Origin: Myxococcota bacterium
GTDB lineage: Bacteria > Myxococcota_A > Polyangia > Polyangiales > Houyiibacteriaceae
Direction: 5' to 3'
DNA length: 64,000 nucleotides
Assembly (NCBI GenBank): GCA_039030515.1
Contig: JBCCEA010000013.1
Coordinates: 38,974 to 102,973 of the forward strand
Below, one piece after another: positions 25,948 through 35,267 of the stretch. Both the position numbers and the translations under genes were made by a program. Below the pieces are notes generated by a model. That model did no database searches. It was not told the origin of the DNA and saw only the letters and a list, made by a program, of their open reading frames with translations. Positions within the stretch are counted from its first letter, which is position 1, and each line of letters opens with the position of its first letter.

Positions 25948-28677
25948 TTATTCCTCCGCATCTTCGCGCGCCGCCTCCGCGGACACTGCTGGAACGCTGT
26001 TGCCGGAAGCTGGTTCGATCACGAGATCTGTGTGCGATGCACGGGTTATCTCGTCTGATGTGTAAATTCCGATGGGGCCCCGAGGAATGTGCTCTGGAAC
26101 CGGCTGAGCTGCCGTGTCTTGCAGTATCTGCCGTTCGTGAAGGATGTCTTGTACCTCGTTGACCATTTCGGAGACGAGTCCTCGAGTCCGGCTCCAGTCC
26201 GTAGGGGGCTTGTAGTCCTCGTCTCCGAATACGAAGTACCGATCGATGAATTCCTGCCGCTCATGCATTTTACGCTCGAAGACGGCTTGCAAGTCCGACT
26301 GGTCCCGAATGATGTAGGGCGTGAGAAAGAGCATCAGGTTGACTTTTTCTCGAGTGCGGCTGCTCGATCGAAAGAGGGCGCCAAGCAGCGGTATGTCACC
26401 TAGAATCGGTACTTTGGTCTCGGTCGTCGAGAGGCGTTCCCGCATCAGCCCTCCGATCACGACGGTCTGCTGATCTTTGACTACGACTTGGGTTTTGGCG
26501 GTTCGTCGATTGATCGCGATCGCGTCGAAAGGGCCGGAGGGAGTGCCGGCTTCTGAGATCTCTTGTTCGATCTCCATTCGGATATGATCGTCCTCGTTGA
26601 TGTGAGGCGTGAGGCGCAACGTGGTTCCTACATCCTGACGCGGCAGTGCCCCTCCAAGAGAGCCCGCGAGGCCCGAGAGACCTGCGAGACCCGAAGTTGC
26701 GTCGTTTGTGGCAGTTCCGCCAAGAGCTCCCAGCGCATTGAGGCTGCCAAGACCTCCACCGGTGACGCCGGATGTTTGGAGCGGAATATTCTGTCCAACC
26801 GTAAGTTCTGCTTGAGTGTTGTCCATGACCGTAAGATGCGGCGTGGACAGCACGTTGACGTCACCGCTATTGGCGATGGCGTTGAGAACCACGCCGAACG
26901 CAGGCACCGAGATTCCGATCAGCTGCTGCGCTTCCGTGATCTCAGGGCCGCGTGCACCGACGGCTAGGCCCGTGAGAAGAGATTCGTTGGCCGGAAACGT
27001 GAGAGAATTGCTCGTTTGGAAGCCGACGACCGAAAGCGAGCCATCGGACGGGACGTCGGCGATACCGGTATGCCATGAAAAACCAAAGTCACGAGATCGG
27101 TTGACCCCGACTTCCATGATGACCGCTTCGATAAAGACCTGCCGCTGCGGTGCGTCGAGCTCATCGATAACCGCCCGAAGTGCGGCGTATTCATATTGGG
27201 AAGCCGTAATCACCAGTGCGTTGCTCGGCTCGTGGGCGGTGATCGCGATGTCAGAGCTGAAGTTGGCGGCGGTCGAAGTTCCGCTCGTGCGCGCAGCTCC
27301 CGGGGTTGATCCTCGATTCGGCTGGTTTGGTCGCGACCGTCCTCCTTGTGCTCGCTGTTGGCCACCGATAAGGCTCTGCAAGGTGCCTGCAATCTCGGTT
27401 GCGTCGCCATTTTGAATGTAGTGGACATGCACGCTCCCGCCGCCCTCGATCGGAATATCCAGAACGCGAATCATTTGGATGATCCGAAGATAGGCTCGTT
27501 CGGTCGCCATCAGGATCAAGGAATTGGTCCGCTCATCGGCGAGAATCTTGGTAATGCGGTTGGCATTCGGACGATCGCCGATGCTGCCTGGGGACGGAGA
27601 GGCGGCGTTGCCGCGTTTGGTCGGTCGTTTGGTCTGTGGCCGACTCGACCTCGATGCTGCGCCCGATGGAGTGCCTTCGCCGCCGACATTGAATATCTCT
27701 TGCAGTCTCGAGGCAATATCCTCTGCTGTGGCGTAGTGAATCGGCTCAACCCAAACGTTTTCGCCTGCGCTTGGAATATCGATCGCGTCGATAATGCGCA
27801 TCATGCGACGAATGTTGGTTCCGGTATCTGTAACAAATAGCGAATTCGTAGGGGCGTACGCGGTGATGTTGCCTGCGCTCGTTTTGAAGCGAGAGAGAAG
27901 TTGCACGCTGTCTTCAGCAGAAACGTTTTCGAGCCGTATCATCCGTGTGATGTAGCGGGCCTCGGTGGGGGTTGTTCCGCCATCGGTGTAGGTCGGCAAG
28001 GGTTGGTTTTCAGCGCCCCCTGTTTCGACGATCTTTAGGTAGCGCCCGGCGGGTACAACGGTCATGCCGTGAATTTCTAAAATTTCTAAGAACGCTCGGT
28101 AGGCCTCCGCGGTGGTGACTTTCGTTGGCGCAAATACCGTGGCTTTTATCGAGCGGGCTTTCCCAGGGAGGATGAACCGCTTGCCGGTGATGTTGGAAAT
28201 CAATCGTACTAGATCGGGCAGATCGGCATCTTCTAGATTAAACGTGACAAGCGCGCGTGGCGAGCTCGGTCGATAGTCTACGCCGGTTTCAAATTGGGAA
28301 ATATCTACGTCGGAGGCGGGTTCTTGGGCCCCACGGTTTTGTGGCCTGCCCTGTGTTCGTGGCCCGCCCTGTGTTCGTGGCCCGCCCTGCGGAGCACCTT
28401 TGCGTGGGGGCGCTTCGATGGTGGGCAGCTTGTTCTGTCTGCCTTTGAGCTTTTGCTTCAAGCTAGGTCGCACTGCCGGGACCGAGCTTCGGCGTGCAGG
28501 CCGCACTCCCTCCTGATCTCCCGATTGGGCGCTTGCGTAAGAGAGTCCCAGGAACATGATGAGGGCGGACACGAAGAGTAGCGGCACTGCGAACTGAATC
28601 TTCACGCGACGACTCCTCGAAACCCGATCGTAGTGATGTTTGGTAGCTCGCGTCGTCGGTCGGAAAGGCGACAGCAA
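25948..28677 (-). CDS. gspD: Type II secretion secretin GspD
   Basis: N0 domain FNLEDADL...TGKRFI, repeated N-domains (NSLI), QVFIEAVIMEV, KVPILGDIPLLGALF, FLTPYII. Confidence 0.96.
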   Translation of the reverse strand: MLSPFRPTTRATKHHYDRVSRSRRVKIQFAVPLLFVSALIMFLGLSYASAQSGDQEGVRPARRSSVPAVRPSLKQKLKGRQNKLPTIEAPPRKGAPQGGPRTQGGPRTQGRPQNRGAQEPASDVDISQFETGVDYRPSSPRALVTFNLEDADLPDLVRLISNITGKRFILPGKARSIKATVFAPTKVTTAEAYRAFLEILEIHGMTVVPAGRYLKIVETGGAENQPLPTYTDGGTTPTEARYITRMIRLENVSAEDSVQLLSRFKTSAGNITAYAPTNSLFVTDTGTNIRRMMRIIDAIDIPSAGENVWVEPIHYATAEDIASRLQEIFNVGGEGTPSGAASRSSRPQTKRPTKRGNAASPSPGSIGDRPNANRITKILADERTNSLILMATERAYLRIIQMIRVLDIPIEGGGSVHVHYIQNGDATEIAGTLQSLIGGQQRAQGGRSRPNQPNRGSTPGAARTSGTSTAANFSSDIAITAHEPSNALVITASQYEYAALRAVIDELDAPQRQVFIEAVIMEVGVNRSRDFGFSWHTGIADVPSDGSLSVVGFQTSNSLTFPANESLLTGLAVGARGPEITEAQQLIGISVPAFGVVLNAIANSGDVNVLSTPHLTVMDNTQAELTVGQNIPLQTSGVTGGGLGSLNALGALGGTATNDATSGLAGLSGLAGSLGGALPRQDVGTTLRLTPHINEDDHIRMEIEQEISEAGTPSGPFDAIAINRRTAKTQVVVKDQQTVVIGGLMRERLSTTETKVPILGDIPLLGALFRSSSRTREKVNLMLFLTPYIIRDQSDLQAVFERKMHERQEFIDRYFVFGDEDYKPPTDWSRTRGLVSEMVNEVQDILHERQILQDTAAQPVPEHIPRGPIGIYTSDEITRASHTDLVIEPASGNSVPAVSAEAAREDAEE
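28341..28389 (-). repeat. 18-bp tandem repeat (~2.7 copies) encoding QGGPRT in the GspD N-terminal linker
   Basis: gtggcc(t/c)gccctgtgttc repeated on the + strand. Confidence 0.8.
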
Positions 28678-28735
28678 GATCGTGTTTCGAACTTCAGCGA
28701 GGGTCGACCTTTTCGATCGAGAGAGGATTGTTGGC

Positions 28736-29776
28736 TCATCGGATGTTGTAATCCACGGTCATGGGGTTGCCCCGTCGTATGAGCGCGACGGACAAGTTGT
28801 CCGCGTTCCGAAGTCGGGAATAGGCTTCAAGCGCGCTGTCCGGTTGTGACATGTCAAAACCATTGATGGTGCGCATCATGTCGCCATTTTGGAGTCCCAA
28901 GCGTCCCAAGAGGCTGTTGCGCCGAATCCCATAGAGCTTGACTCCTATCACACGTCCGTTTTCTTCATGCGGAATGATTCGGGCAGTTCGAATCAGGTCT
29001 GCCTGATTTTCTAGGATCTTGTCGAGGAGGCTCCGGGTGACATTGAACTGCGAATCGCTGACCCGGCTGATGCCTGATTCCAGTTCTTCGTCGCTGATCG
29101 CTCCCTGACGACGTCGACTCGGTGAGACCCGAACGGGGCGATCTTCCCGCGGGGTGGTTCGGCCTCCATTTGGTGTCGCTTTGCTCTCGGTATCGAACAT
29201 CAGCGCGAGGCATGGCGTATCACGGCCTGGCCGCAGCACCACATGGGTCGAAAAGATATCGAGCAGTTCGTTCCCGTCGATTTCCATGCCGGTTCGGTAC
29301 AAAAGCGCTGTGCCCGAGGACCCGGCGATCGATGCGAAGGAAAGATCCGGACGCCCGGGATAGCGTACCGAGCCCACCAAACGCACCTCGGTGGCACACG
29401 GCAAAAGAGGTTTATCCGCTTCCAGTTCGGTCTCGGCTGTCTCGGTGTCCGCGTCCAGATCCGGATCCACCGGAGGGTTTTTGAGTATCGGGCCTGTTTC
29501 GGAATCAAAGATATTGCGCTCGAGAATCGGCCAGGGATCTCTCGGCGCCCGTCCTGCCGAAACCAAGTTCGTCTCAGTTCGTGACCTCTCGATCGAAGGG
29601 GTGTTTTCGATCGGGATCGACCAGTGGCCGACCAGCACTGAGGCTCCCTGAGCCGAAAAGAACGCGGTCAGCGTCAAAGTCCCGATGAGGATCGCCATGG
29701 CAATCCTGCGCTGCTTGGCTCCTGGCAAGTGCTTCCGTATTCCCGCTTTGGTTGGTGTTTTGCGCGTCGATGTCAT
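28736..29776 (-). CDS. gspC: Type II secretion protein GspC (TM, HR domain, PDZ)
   Basis: N-terminal TM, RNIFDS, LVG, PDZ segment GVKLYGIRRNSLLGRLGLQNGD. First gene of the operon. The true start may be downstream (TTG 29728 or ATG 29698). Confidence 0.9.
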   Translation of the reverse strand: MTSTRKTPTKAGIRKHLPGAKQRRIAMAILIGTLTLTAFFSAQGASVLVGHWSIPIENTPSIERSRTETNLVSAGRAPRDPWPILERNIFDSETGPILKNPPVDPDLDADTETAETELEADKPLLPCATEVRLVGSVRYPGRPDLSFASIAGSSGTALLYRTGMEIDGNELLDIFSTHVVLRPGRDTPCLALMFDTESKATPNGGRTTPREDRPVRVSPSRRRQGAISDEELESGISRVSDSQFNVTRSLLDKILENQADLIRTARIIPHEENGRVIGVKLYGIRRNSLLGRLGLQNGDMMRTINGFDMSQPDSALEAYSRLRNADNLSVALIRRGNPMTVDYNIR

Positions 29777-29784
29777 TTGACGCT

Positions 29785-29800
29785 TGCAAAGCCCATACCT
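29785..29800 (-). promoter_or_regulatory. Putative sigma-54 (-24/-12) promoter of the gsp operon
   Basis: The minus strand reads aGGTATGGGCTTTGCA, giving GG-N10-GC with TTGCA, immediately upstream of gspC. Confidence 0.65.
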
Positions 29801-29901
29801 TCCCGGTGCGCTCCTCGTCTGTGCGGTCTTTCTCAGTCAAAACAGGGGGCTGACTGCTGCCCCACGTGCGCGGCGGACGTTTGAATTTGCCGTTCCGATA
29901 A

Positions 29902-29954
29902 TGACATCGTGGCATCCGTATAGATCAAATCGCTCATGTTCTGACATTTTGTCT
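29902..29954. promoter_or_regulatory. Pair of putative enhancer (UAS) sites, TGACA-N3-TG(G/T)C
   Basis: TGACATCGTGGCA (29902-29914) and TGACATTTTGTCT (29942-29954), 40 bp apart and ~100-155 bp upstream of the sigma-54 -24 element. Confidence 0.6.
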
Positions 29955-30027
29955 GCGGCGTTATTCAGGATCGGATCTCTCACCGCCGGAGGTTCGGTTG
30001 GTTGGGACTTCTGAGCGAAGGGGTTCG

Positions 30028-31383
30028 TCAAGTTCGTTCGGGTTCCGCGCCGAGTTTGCGATAGATCGTTCTCGCAGAGATACCCAGCAGCTGACTTGCG
30101 AGTTGTTTGTCTCCCCGCGTGTGGACGAGGGTTGCGTCGATGATTCGGCGCTCCACCACGGCAAGTGGCGTGCCGATCGAGAAGCGCAGTTCATCGGATC
30201 CCGGTTGGGTTTGCGCGATATGCTCCGGTAGGTCTTCAAGCCCGAGCGTGTGATTTTTACTCAAAACGACCGCCCTTTCGATGACGTTTTCCAGTTCGCG
30301 TACGTTGCCCGGCCAACTGTACTCGGAGAGCTTTCGAAGGGCTCCGGTGGATATCTCTAGGCGCGGCCGCCCATTTTTGGCGCAGTAGACGTTGAGAAAG
30401 TGGTCCACCAGCAGTGGGATGTCTTCGCGGCGCGCTGCCAGGTTTGGACTGGTGATCGCGATGACGTTGAGTCGGTAGTAGAGATCCTCTCGGAAGTCTC
30501 CCTCGGCGACCGCTTGCTTCAAGTCTCGGTTCGTCGCGGCCACCAGTCGAAAGTCGGCACGCATCGTGCGACCTCCGAGCGGCTCAAACTCACCCTCCTG
30601 GAGTACGCGAAGCAGCTTAACTTGAACTTGAGGTGATAGATCGCCGATCTCGTCGAGAAAGAGCGTTCCCCCAGCGGCTTGCGTGATTCGGCCGTCGCGT
30701 CGCACTGAAGCTCCCGTAAAAGCACCTTTTTCATGCCCGAAGAGTTCCGCCTCGACGATGGTCTCCGGGAGCGCGGCAAGATTGACGCCGACAAACGCCC
30801 CTTGGCGTCCACTATGCTCGTGGATGTAGCGGGCGAGCAGCTCTTTGCCGGTTCCGCTTTCGCCCAGCACGAGAACCGTTGCGGAAGACGGCGCGGCTTG
30901 AGTCGCGAGCTCGAGGGCGTTGCGTAGGGCTGGGGACGAACCCACGATTTTTCGGGTCCTCAGGGCCGAGATTTCTCTTTTGAGCGTGCGATTTTCAAGG
31001 ATCAATGCCTGCTTTTCCGCAGCTTTCCTCACAGTTTTTACGATTTGCATGCGTTTTAGAGGTTTCTCGACAAAGTCGTAGGCCCCTTCGCGCATCGCTT
31101 CGACCGCCATCTCGATCGTGCCGTAAGCCGTCATCACCACTACCTCGGCATCGGGATTCACCCTGGCCAACGCGCGGATCAAGTCGATCCCGCTCATTCC
31201 CGGCATCATCAAATCGGTAAGAACGACCTGTACGTGATGTTGGCGGCACATCTCGAGAGCGTGTTTCCCTCCGGATGCGGTTTTCACGCGCATGTGTTCT
31301 CGCTCGAATATCTTTGTCAGCGAAGTGAGGTTGTGATCCTCATCGTCGACGACCAACACGGTCGTTTCCGGGGGTTCGGTCAT
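30028..31383 (-). CDS. NtrC-family sigma-54-dependent response regulator (REC-AAA+-Fis HTH)
   Basis: REC motifs VLVVDD, TDLMMP, MTAYG, KP. GESGTGKE, ELFGHEKGAFTGA, LFLDEIGD, WPGNVREL, C-terminal HTH. Start set at ATG 31383 with an AGGAGAGG RBS. Confidence 0.95.
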   Translation of the reverse strand: MTEPPETTVLVVDDEDHNLTSLTKIFEREHMRVKTASGGKHALEMCRQHHVQVVLTDLMMPGMSGIDLIRALARVNPDAEVVVMTAYGTIEMAVEAMREGAYDFVEKPLKRMQIVKTVRKAAEKQALILENRTLKREISALRTRKIVGSSPALRNALELATQAAPSSATVLVLGESGTGKELLARYIHEHSGRQGAFVGVNLAALPETIVEAELFGHEKGAFTGASVRRDGRITQAAGGTLFLDEIGDLSPQVQVKLLRVLQEGEFEPLGGRTMRADFRLVAATNRDLKQAVAEGDFREDLYYRLNVIAITSPNLAARREDIPLLVDHFLNVYCAKNGRPRLEISTGALRKLSEYSWPGNVRELENVIERAVVLSKNHTLGLEDLPEHIAQTQPGSDELRFSIGTPLAVVERRIIDATLVHTRGDKQLASQLLGISARTIYRKLGAEPERT

Positions 31384-31397
31384 GGGGTTCCTCTCCT

Positions 31398-31412
31398 GCG
31401 GACAAAATGTCA
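31398..31412. promoter_or_regulatory. Putative autoregulatory operator of the NtrC-family regulator
   Basis: GACAAAATGTCA (31401-31412) is the exact reverse complement of TGACATTTTGTC (29942-29953) and lies just upstream of the regulator's RBS. Confidence 0.6.
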
Positions 31413-31665
31413 CGCGCCGCCGCGTCGATCGAGAAAAGCTCTCTAGCCCAAGGCGGAGCCCAGTCCGAACTTCCCCTGCCTTCGTCGCGGTACTTCTGAC
31501 GATGGGCGCGTAGCTAGCGCAATTGCTGCACCACGTCTTCGTCTCAGGAGCGTACAGAGCCTCAAAGCCGTTTGGCTTTACGCCGTATGGACAGGTCATG
31601 CGGGTTGAACCTCCAACAGTGTTGCGTGTTTTGAGGCATCGAGACGGCGTGCGTATCCTTCGGGC

Positions 31666-33435
31666 TTGGTGGATGAGATGACCGATGTATCCCTGAGGTC
31701 GCTGCCCGAGCCCACCCTCGATTTCATTGCCGATCTTTTTGCCGGTCGCTACGTGGTGCGCGCGTCTCTACCGTGGAGCGGTCGCATACCCATGTTTCGA
31801 GTAGATGGGCAGCAGGGACGTCGAGCCGTCGGAGTGTTGCCCATCGACCTAGAAGAGCACTCAGACCTTCTTGAGCACTTTTCTCAGCTCATCTCAGATG
31901 CGCGATCCTTCGAACATCCGGGCGCGTTGACGATCAGCGATTTCGGTGTTCACCAGGGAGTAGCCTATTTTGAGCTAGAATGGGAACATTCTGCCCGCAC
32001 TCTTTGGGAGTCGGTGGGAGAATCTCCGCTGGCTCCGGAACTCGCCCTAGAGCTCGCGGGGCACATGCTTGAAACGCTGGAAGCCGCTCTCGACGCGGGC
32101 CTGCATCATTGGAACCTGTCCGCTTCTGACGTGCTCCTCATCGACAGGCGCGGGCACATATCGACGAAAATGATGGGCTTCGGGATGGGGCAACTGCTGA
32201 GGGATGCGTGCATCAGAGCCTCGTCCGGCGCGGCGCTCAGGTTCCGACCTCAAGGTTTAGGTTCCAGTGCAAATCGATTCTTGCCCCCAGAGCTCGAGGT
32301 GCCTGCAGCCCCTGTAGATCACAGAAGCGATCTCTACTCCATCGGGGCGCTGCTGCACTTCATGCTCATCGGACGTCCACCCTCCGGCGCGTTCGGGGAT
32401 GCTGCTCTGCATCGCTCACCCGGCATCCAACACCTGATCTCTCACGCGATGGCACCCGAGATCGAAAGCCGTTTCCAGACGATCGCCGACATGCGTCGAG
32501 CGCTAACCTTGAGTCATGCCCAATCGCCCGGTGGTGAACCAGCCCGAGCTGCACCGTCCCGCGCTGCACCGTCCCGCGCTTCGCCGGCGACTGGGGACTC
32601 ATCCGGTTTCGATGGAATTTCGCCCATCAGGTCCTCTGAGGTCTCGGCGCTCGAAGCCTCCTCCGCGATTGGCTCGGGCAGCGACGTGCCGGAGCTCCGA
32701 ACACCTGGGTCCATCAAGAGTTCGTCCCGAACGTTTCTGTGGTTTTCGTTTGTAGGGGGCGTTTTTCTGCTGCTGTTCCTTGGGGTAGCGCTCTTTGGTG
32801 CGACGCCCACCCGCGTAGGTGCTGGGACGCAGTTTGCCTCGGAGTCAAAGCCGCTCGAGGCGCTGTCGGCAAGGGAATCTCGAGCAGGTGAATTCCCGGC
32901 TGGAGCGGATGGTTCGAAGCGCATCGAGCCTGCCGCCACTGAGGTCTCTCTTGAGACTGAAGCTGTCGAGAGTGGAGATGATCCGGCGGAACTGGAGTTG
33001 CTACCCGTCAGCGATCTTGGACCCAGAGTTCAAGCTTTTGCGAAGCGAATCGAGCAGGGGCACCGTCCCGATCGTCATGAAATGGCGCCACTTGTCCTGC
33101 GTGCGGAGGCTTCGAACGCAGACCCGCGACTCAGTTTTCTTTTGGCTCGAGCGTTTATGAATCGCCGTTGGTATATGGACGCGGTGGGACGCTATCTGCA
33201 GGCCGCTCGACGTAGCGGTGGCGTGTTGGCCCGAGATCCACGCATGCTGCGCGATTTGATCACGGCCGCTCAGCGTCGACGAAGCCATAAGTTCGCGACC
33301 CGCGCCATGCTTGAACTGCACGGGGTCTCCGCACTTCCAAAGCTGAACGAGGCCATCGAATCGACCGCGGACAACATCCTGCGCAGGCGGCTGCGTGCGT
33401 CCTATGAGACGATCGAGACCTACGGTCGCCTCTAG
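31666..33435 (+). CDS. Membrane Ser/Thr protein kinase-like protein (probable pseudokinase)
   Basis: Kinase-fold order is preserved (HPGALTISDFG, PPE, DHRSDLYSIGALL, RFQT...M..AL), but HRDLKPxN reads HWNLSASD and DFG reads GFG. A TM and a helical C-terminal domain follow. Confidence 0.8.
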   Translation: MVDEMTDVSLRSLPEPTLDFIADLFAGRYVVRASLPWSGRIPMFRVDGQQGRRAVGVLPIDLEEHSDLLEHFSQLISDARSFEHPGALTISDFGVHQGVAYFELEWEHSARTLWESVGESPLAPELALELAGHMLETLEAALDAGLHHWNLSASDVLLIDRRGHISTKMMGFGMGQLLRDACIRASSGAALRFRPQGLGSSANRFLPPELEVPAAPVDHRSDLYSIGALLHFMLIGRPPSGAFGDAALHRSPGIQHLISHAMAPEIESRFQTIADMRRALTLSHAQSPGGEPARAAPSRAAPSRASPATGDSSGFDGISPIRSSEVSALEASSAIGSGSDVPELRTPGSIKSSSRTFLWFSFVGGVFLLLFLGVALFGATPTRVGAGTQFASESKPLEALSARESRAGEFPAGADGSKRIEPAATEVSLETEAVESGDDPAELELLPVSDLGPRVQAFAKRIEQGHRPDRHEMAPLVLRAEASNADPRLSFLLARAFMNRRWYMDAVGRYLQAARRSGGVLARDPRMLRDLITAAQRRRSHKFATRAMLELHGVSALPKLNEAIESTADNILRRRLRASYETIETYGRL

Positions 33436-33488
33436 CAGGTCGATGAGCAAGGCCCGTGCGACGAGTGCATCGATTGCCCCTTGGGCAG

Positions 33489-35108
33489 CTACGCATGCTG
33501 GGAGCGCCTGCGCAAAAACGCAAACAGAACGAAGAAACTCAATTCTAGCGTGAACTTGAAGCTAGCTCCTTTCGCAGTGGAGCAGCCCTGTACTTGCGTC
33601 GGTTGCGGACCATCGAATGCCGGCGGACCCACCGCCGCGTCGCAGCTTCCGTAGACCTGCTCGGTATCCAGGCGCAGCTCCGCCCAACCTTTTGGCCGAA
33701 ACGGACGATCGCCAATCGGATCGGCGGCCGCTTGAGCTACCGCCAACAGCTGCACGTTTCGCCCATGCGTTCGGGGTGCAAGGCAGAGATCCAATCGGTG
33801 GCCCTTTTGATGCGCGATCTTCGTCCCGTCGAGGTAGAGGCTTAGCTCTGGTGTTCCTCGGTGCAGTGGATCTTCGCTTTGGACACGAATCGTAGTCGCC
33901 TGCGTGATCTTCGCGCCGTTTTTGATCCCGCTTATCTCGACGCGAGGTCGATGCGCGTAGGGAGCCAACATCGGGTCCCCGAGCACCAAATTCATCCAGT
34001 AGGTGTAGGGCAGCCTTCGATAGTAGGCTTCCGCAAGGGTGCTGCCTAGGACGTAGTCGACGATCAGGTGGCGCGACGGAAACACGTTGTTTAGCGGTTC
34101 CGCAACGGTCCCGTGGACCCCGCCGACGCCTTGTGCCACCCATCGGGCGATCGACACCTGAGTTTGCGAATCTTTCGCGAAGTTGCCGGGTACAGCGCCG
34201 TAACTAGTCAGGTTGTCGACCAGCGCTCCAGACCAAAATCGATTTCCCTCAATGGTGTCCTCAAGCACCGAACTGCCGGTGAAGAATCCGGTCAAGCGTC
34301 GCCCGCCAAGGTCTCGATCGAAGGAGACCCTTTCGACCGAATGAGGTCCGATCTCACGCAGCGACTGCAAAACCTCCTCCGTTTCAAAGTCCAGTACGCT
34401 TCGAGGTGGATCGCGACCGTCCATGAAGAGGACCTGCGTGCTCGGCAGAGGAGAGGACTCGGCATTCTTTGCGTTGACTACCAGCAACGCTGCCTCCTCA
34501 TAGCTCCGACCGTGAAGCATGGTCACGATCCAGGGTCGCCACCGAACGCCTTCCTCCTCGATGCTCCAGTCTGGGGCGAAGGTTCCGAAGCGAAATGGAT
34601 TGAGGAATCGAGCGGCGTAGCAAGTTTTTTTGCCGCAAGCGGTCTGGTACCCGGGCTCCTCAAGCAGTAAAGAGCTTCCGTTCTCTGTGGTGACAGATCT
34701 CGAGACACTGAGCGCCGATGCGAGGGATACGGCCCGGTTCCCCACCGCGATCAACCGCAGCGGCACCCCGCGAACAAGGACAATCGCTTCGATCCGCTGC
34801 TCGATTCCCCTAAGACACCCTTGAAGAGGTTCAAAGAGCTTCGTCCAGAAGTCCTCTGCCGGTAGGTCGCTCGATTCAGGCAGGAGTAGGGGGCAGACGT
34901 GTCGGCTCGGGATTTGTCGCGATTCCGCATAGAACTCCGCGAGCGCAATACTGTCGGCGAGGGCCGCGTTGGCGAGGACCGCCACCGTATCGGGGCCCGG
35001 CACAGCCGAAGTCGCATTCGGCGATGCCAACTGGGCGAATACCGCCATAAGCCAGACGGCAGCCGTCCTCATTGGAATTATGCAATCATACTCGTGGTTC
35101 AGACCCAA
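33489..35108 (-). CDS. TIGR03790-family protein with C-terminal Ig-like domain and MYXO-CTERM-like tag
   Basis: VAVLANA...SIALAEFYAESRQIP, LVRGVPL, GALVDNLTSYG, GTVAEP, LGDPMLAPY. C-terminal GCS...hydrophobic...RRR. Confidence 0.75.
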   Translation of the reverse strand: MGLNHEYDCIIPMRTAAVWLMAVFAQLASPNATSAVPGPDTVAVLANAALADSIALAEFYAESRQIPSRHVCPLLLPESSDLPAEDFWTKLFEPLQGCLRGIEQRIEAIVLVRGVPLRLIAVGNRAVSLASALSVSRSVTTENGSSLLLEEPGYQTACGKKTCYAARFLNPFRFGTFAPDWSIEEEGVRWRPWIVTMLHGRSYEEAALLVVNAKNAESSPLPSTQVLFMDGRDPPRSVLDFETEEVLQSLREIGPHSVERVSFDRDLGGRRLTGFFTGSSVLEDTIEGNRFWSGALVDNLTSYGAVPGNFAKDSQTQVSIARWVAQGVGGVHGTVAEPLNNVFPSRHLIVDYVLGSTLAEAYYRRLPYTYWMNLVLGDPMLAPYAHRPRVEISGIKNGAKITQATTIRVQSEDPLHRGTPELSLYLDGTKIAHQKGHRLDLCLAPRTHGRNVQLLAVAQAAADPIGDRPFRPKGWAELRLDTEQVYGSCDAAVGPPAFDGPQPTQVQGCSTAKGASFKFTLELSFFVLFAFLRRRSQHA

Positions 35109-35267
35109 GTGAAATGCTAAACGGCTGGTATTTTGTGTTATTTATGCAAAATACTCGGGCGTATCGAGTCGATGACTCACCCCGTTTTGAGTGCGTTCGA
35201 GCGCGTGTGATCCCTGCAAGCCGTGGTGGCCGCCGCAGCGGGGACCTGCTACGGACGGCGATCGCAG

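Noticed and set aside
15176..29776. Absence of a prepilin peptidase (gspO) as a defect of the T2SS
   Set aside because: The peptidase is commonly encoded elsewhere and shared with type IV pili (PilD).
29940..31412. Inverted 12-15-bp repeats flanking the NtrC-like gene as transposon ends
   Set aside because: No transposase or target-site duplication. The repeats are themselves palindromic and positioned like regulator-binding sites.
31384..31599. Cys-containing N-terminal extension of the NtrC-like regulator
   Set aside because: The REC domain begins right after ATG 31383, which has a strong RBS. The upstream part looks like intergenic regulatory DNA.
32548..32580. 15-bp duplication (AAPSR x2) in the kinase-like protein linker
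   Set aside because: Ordinary slippage in a low-complexity linker.
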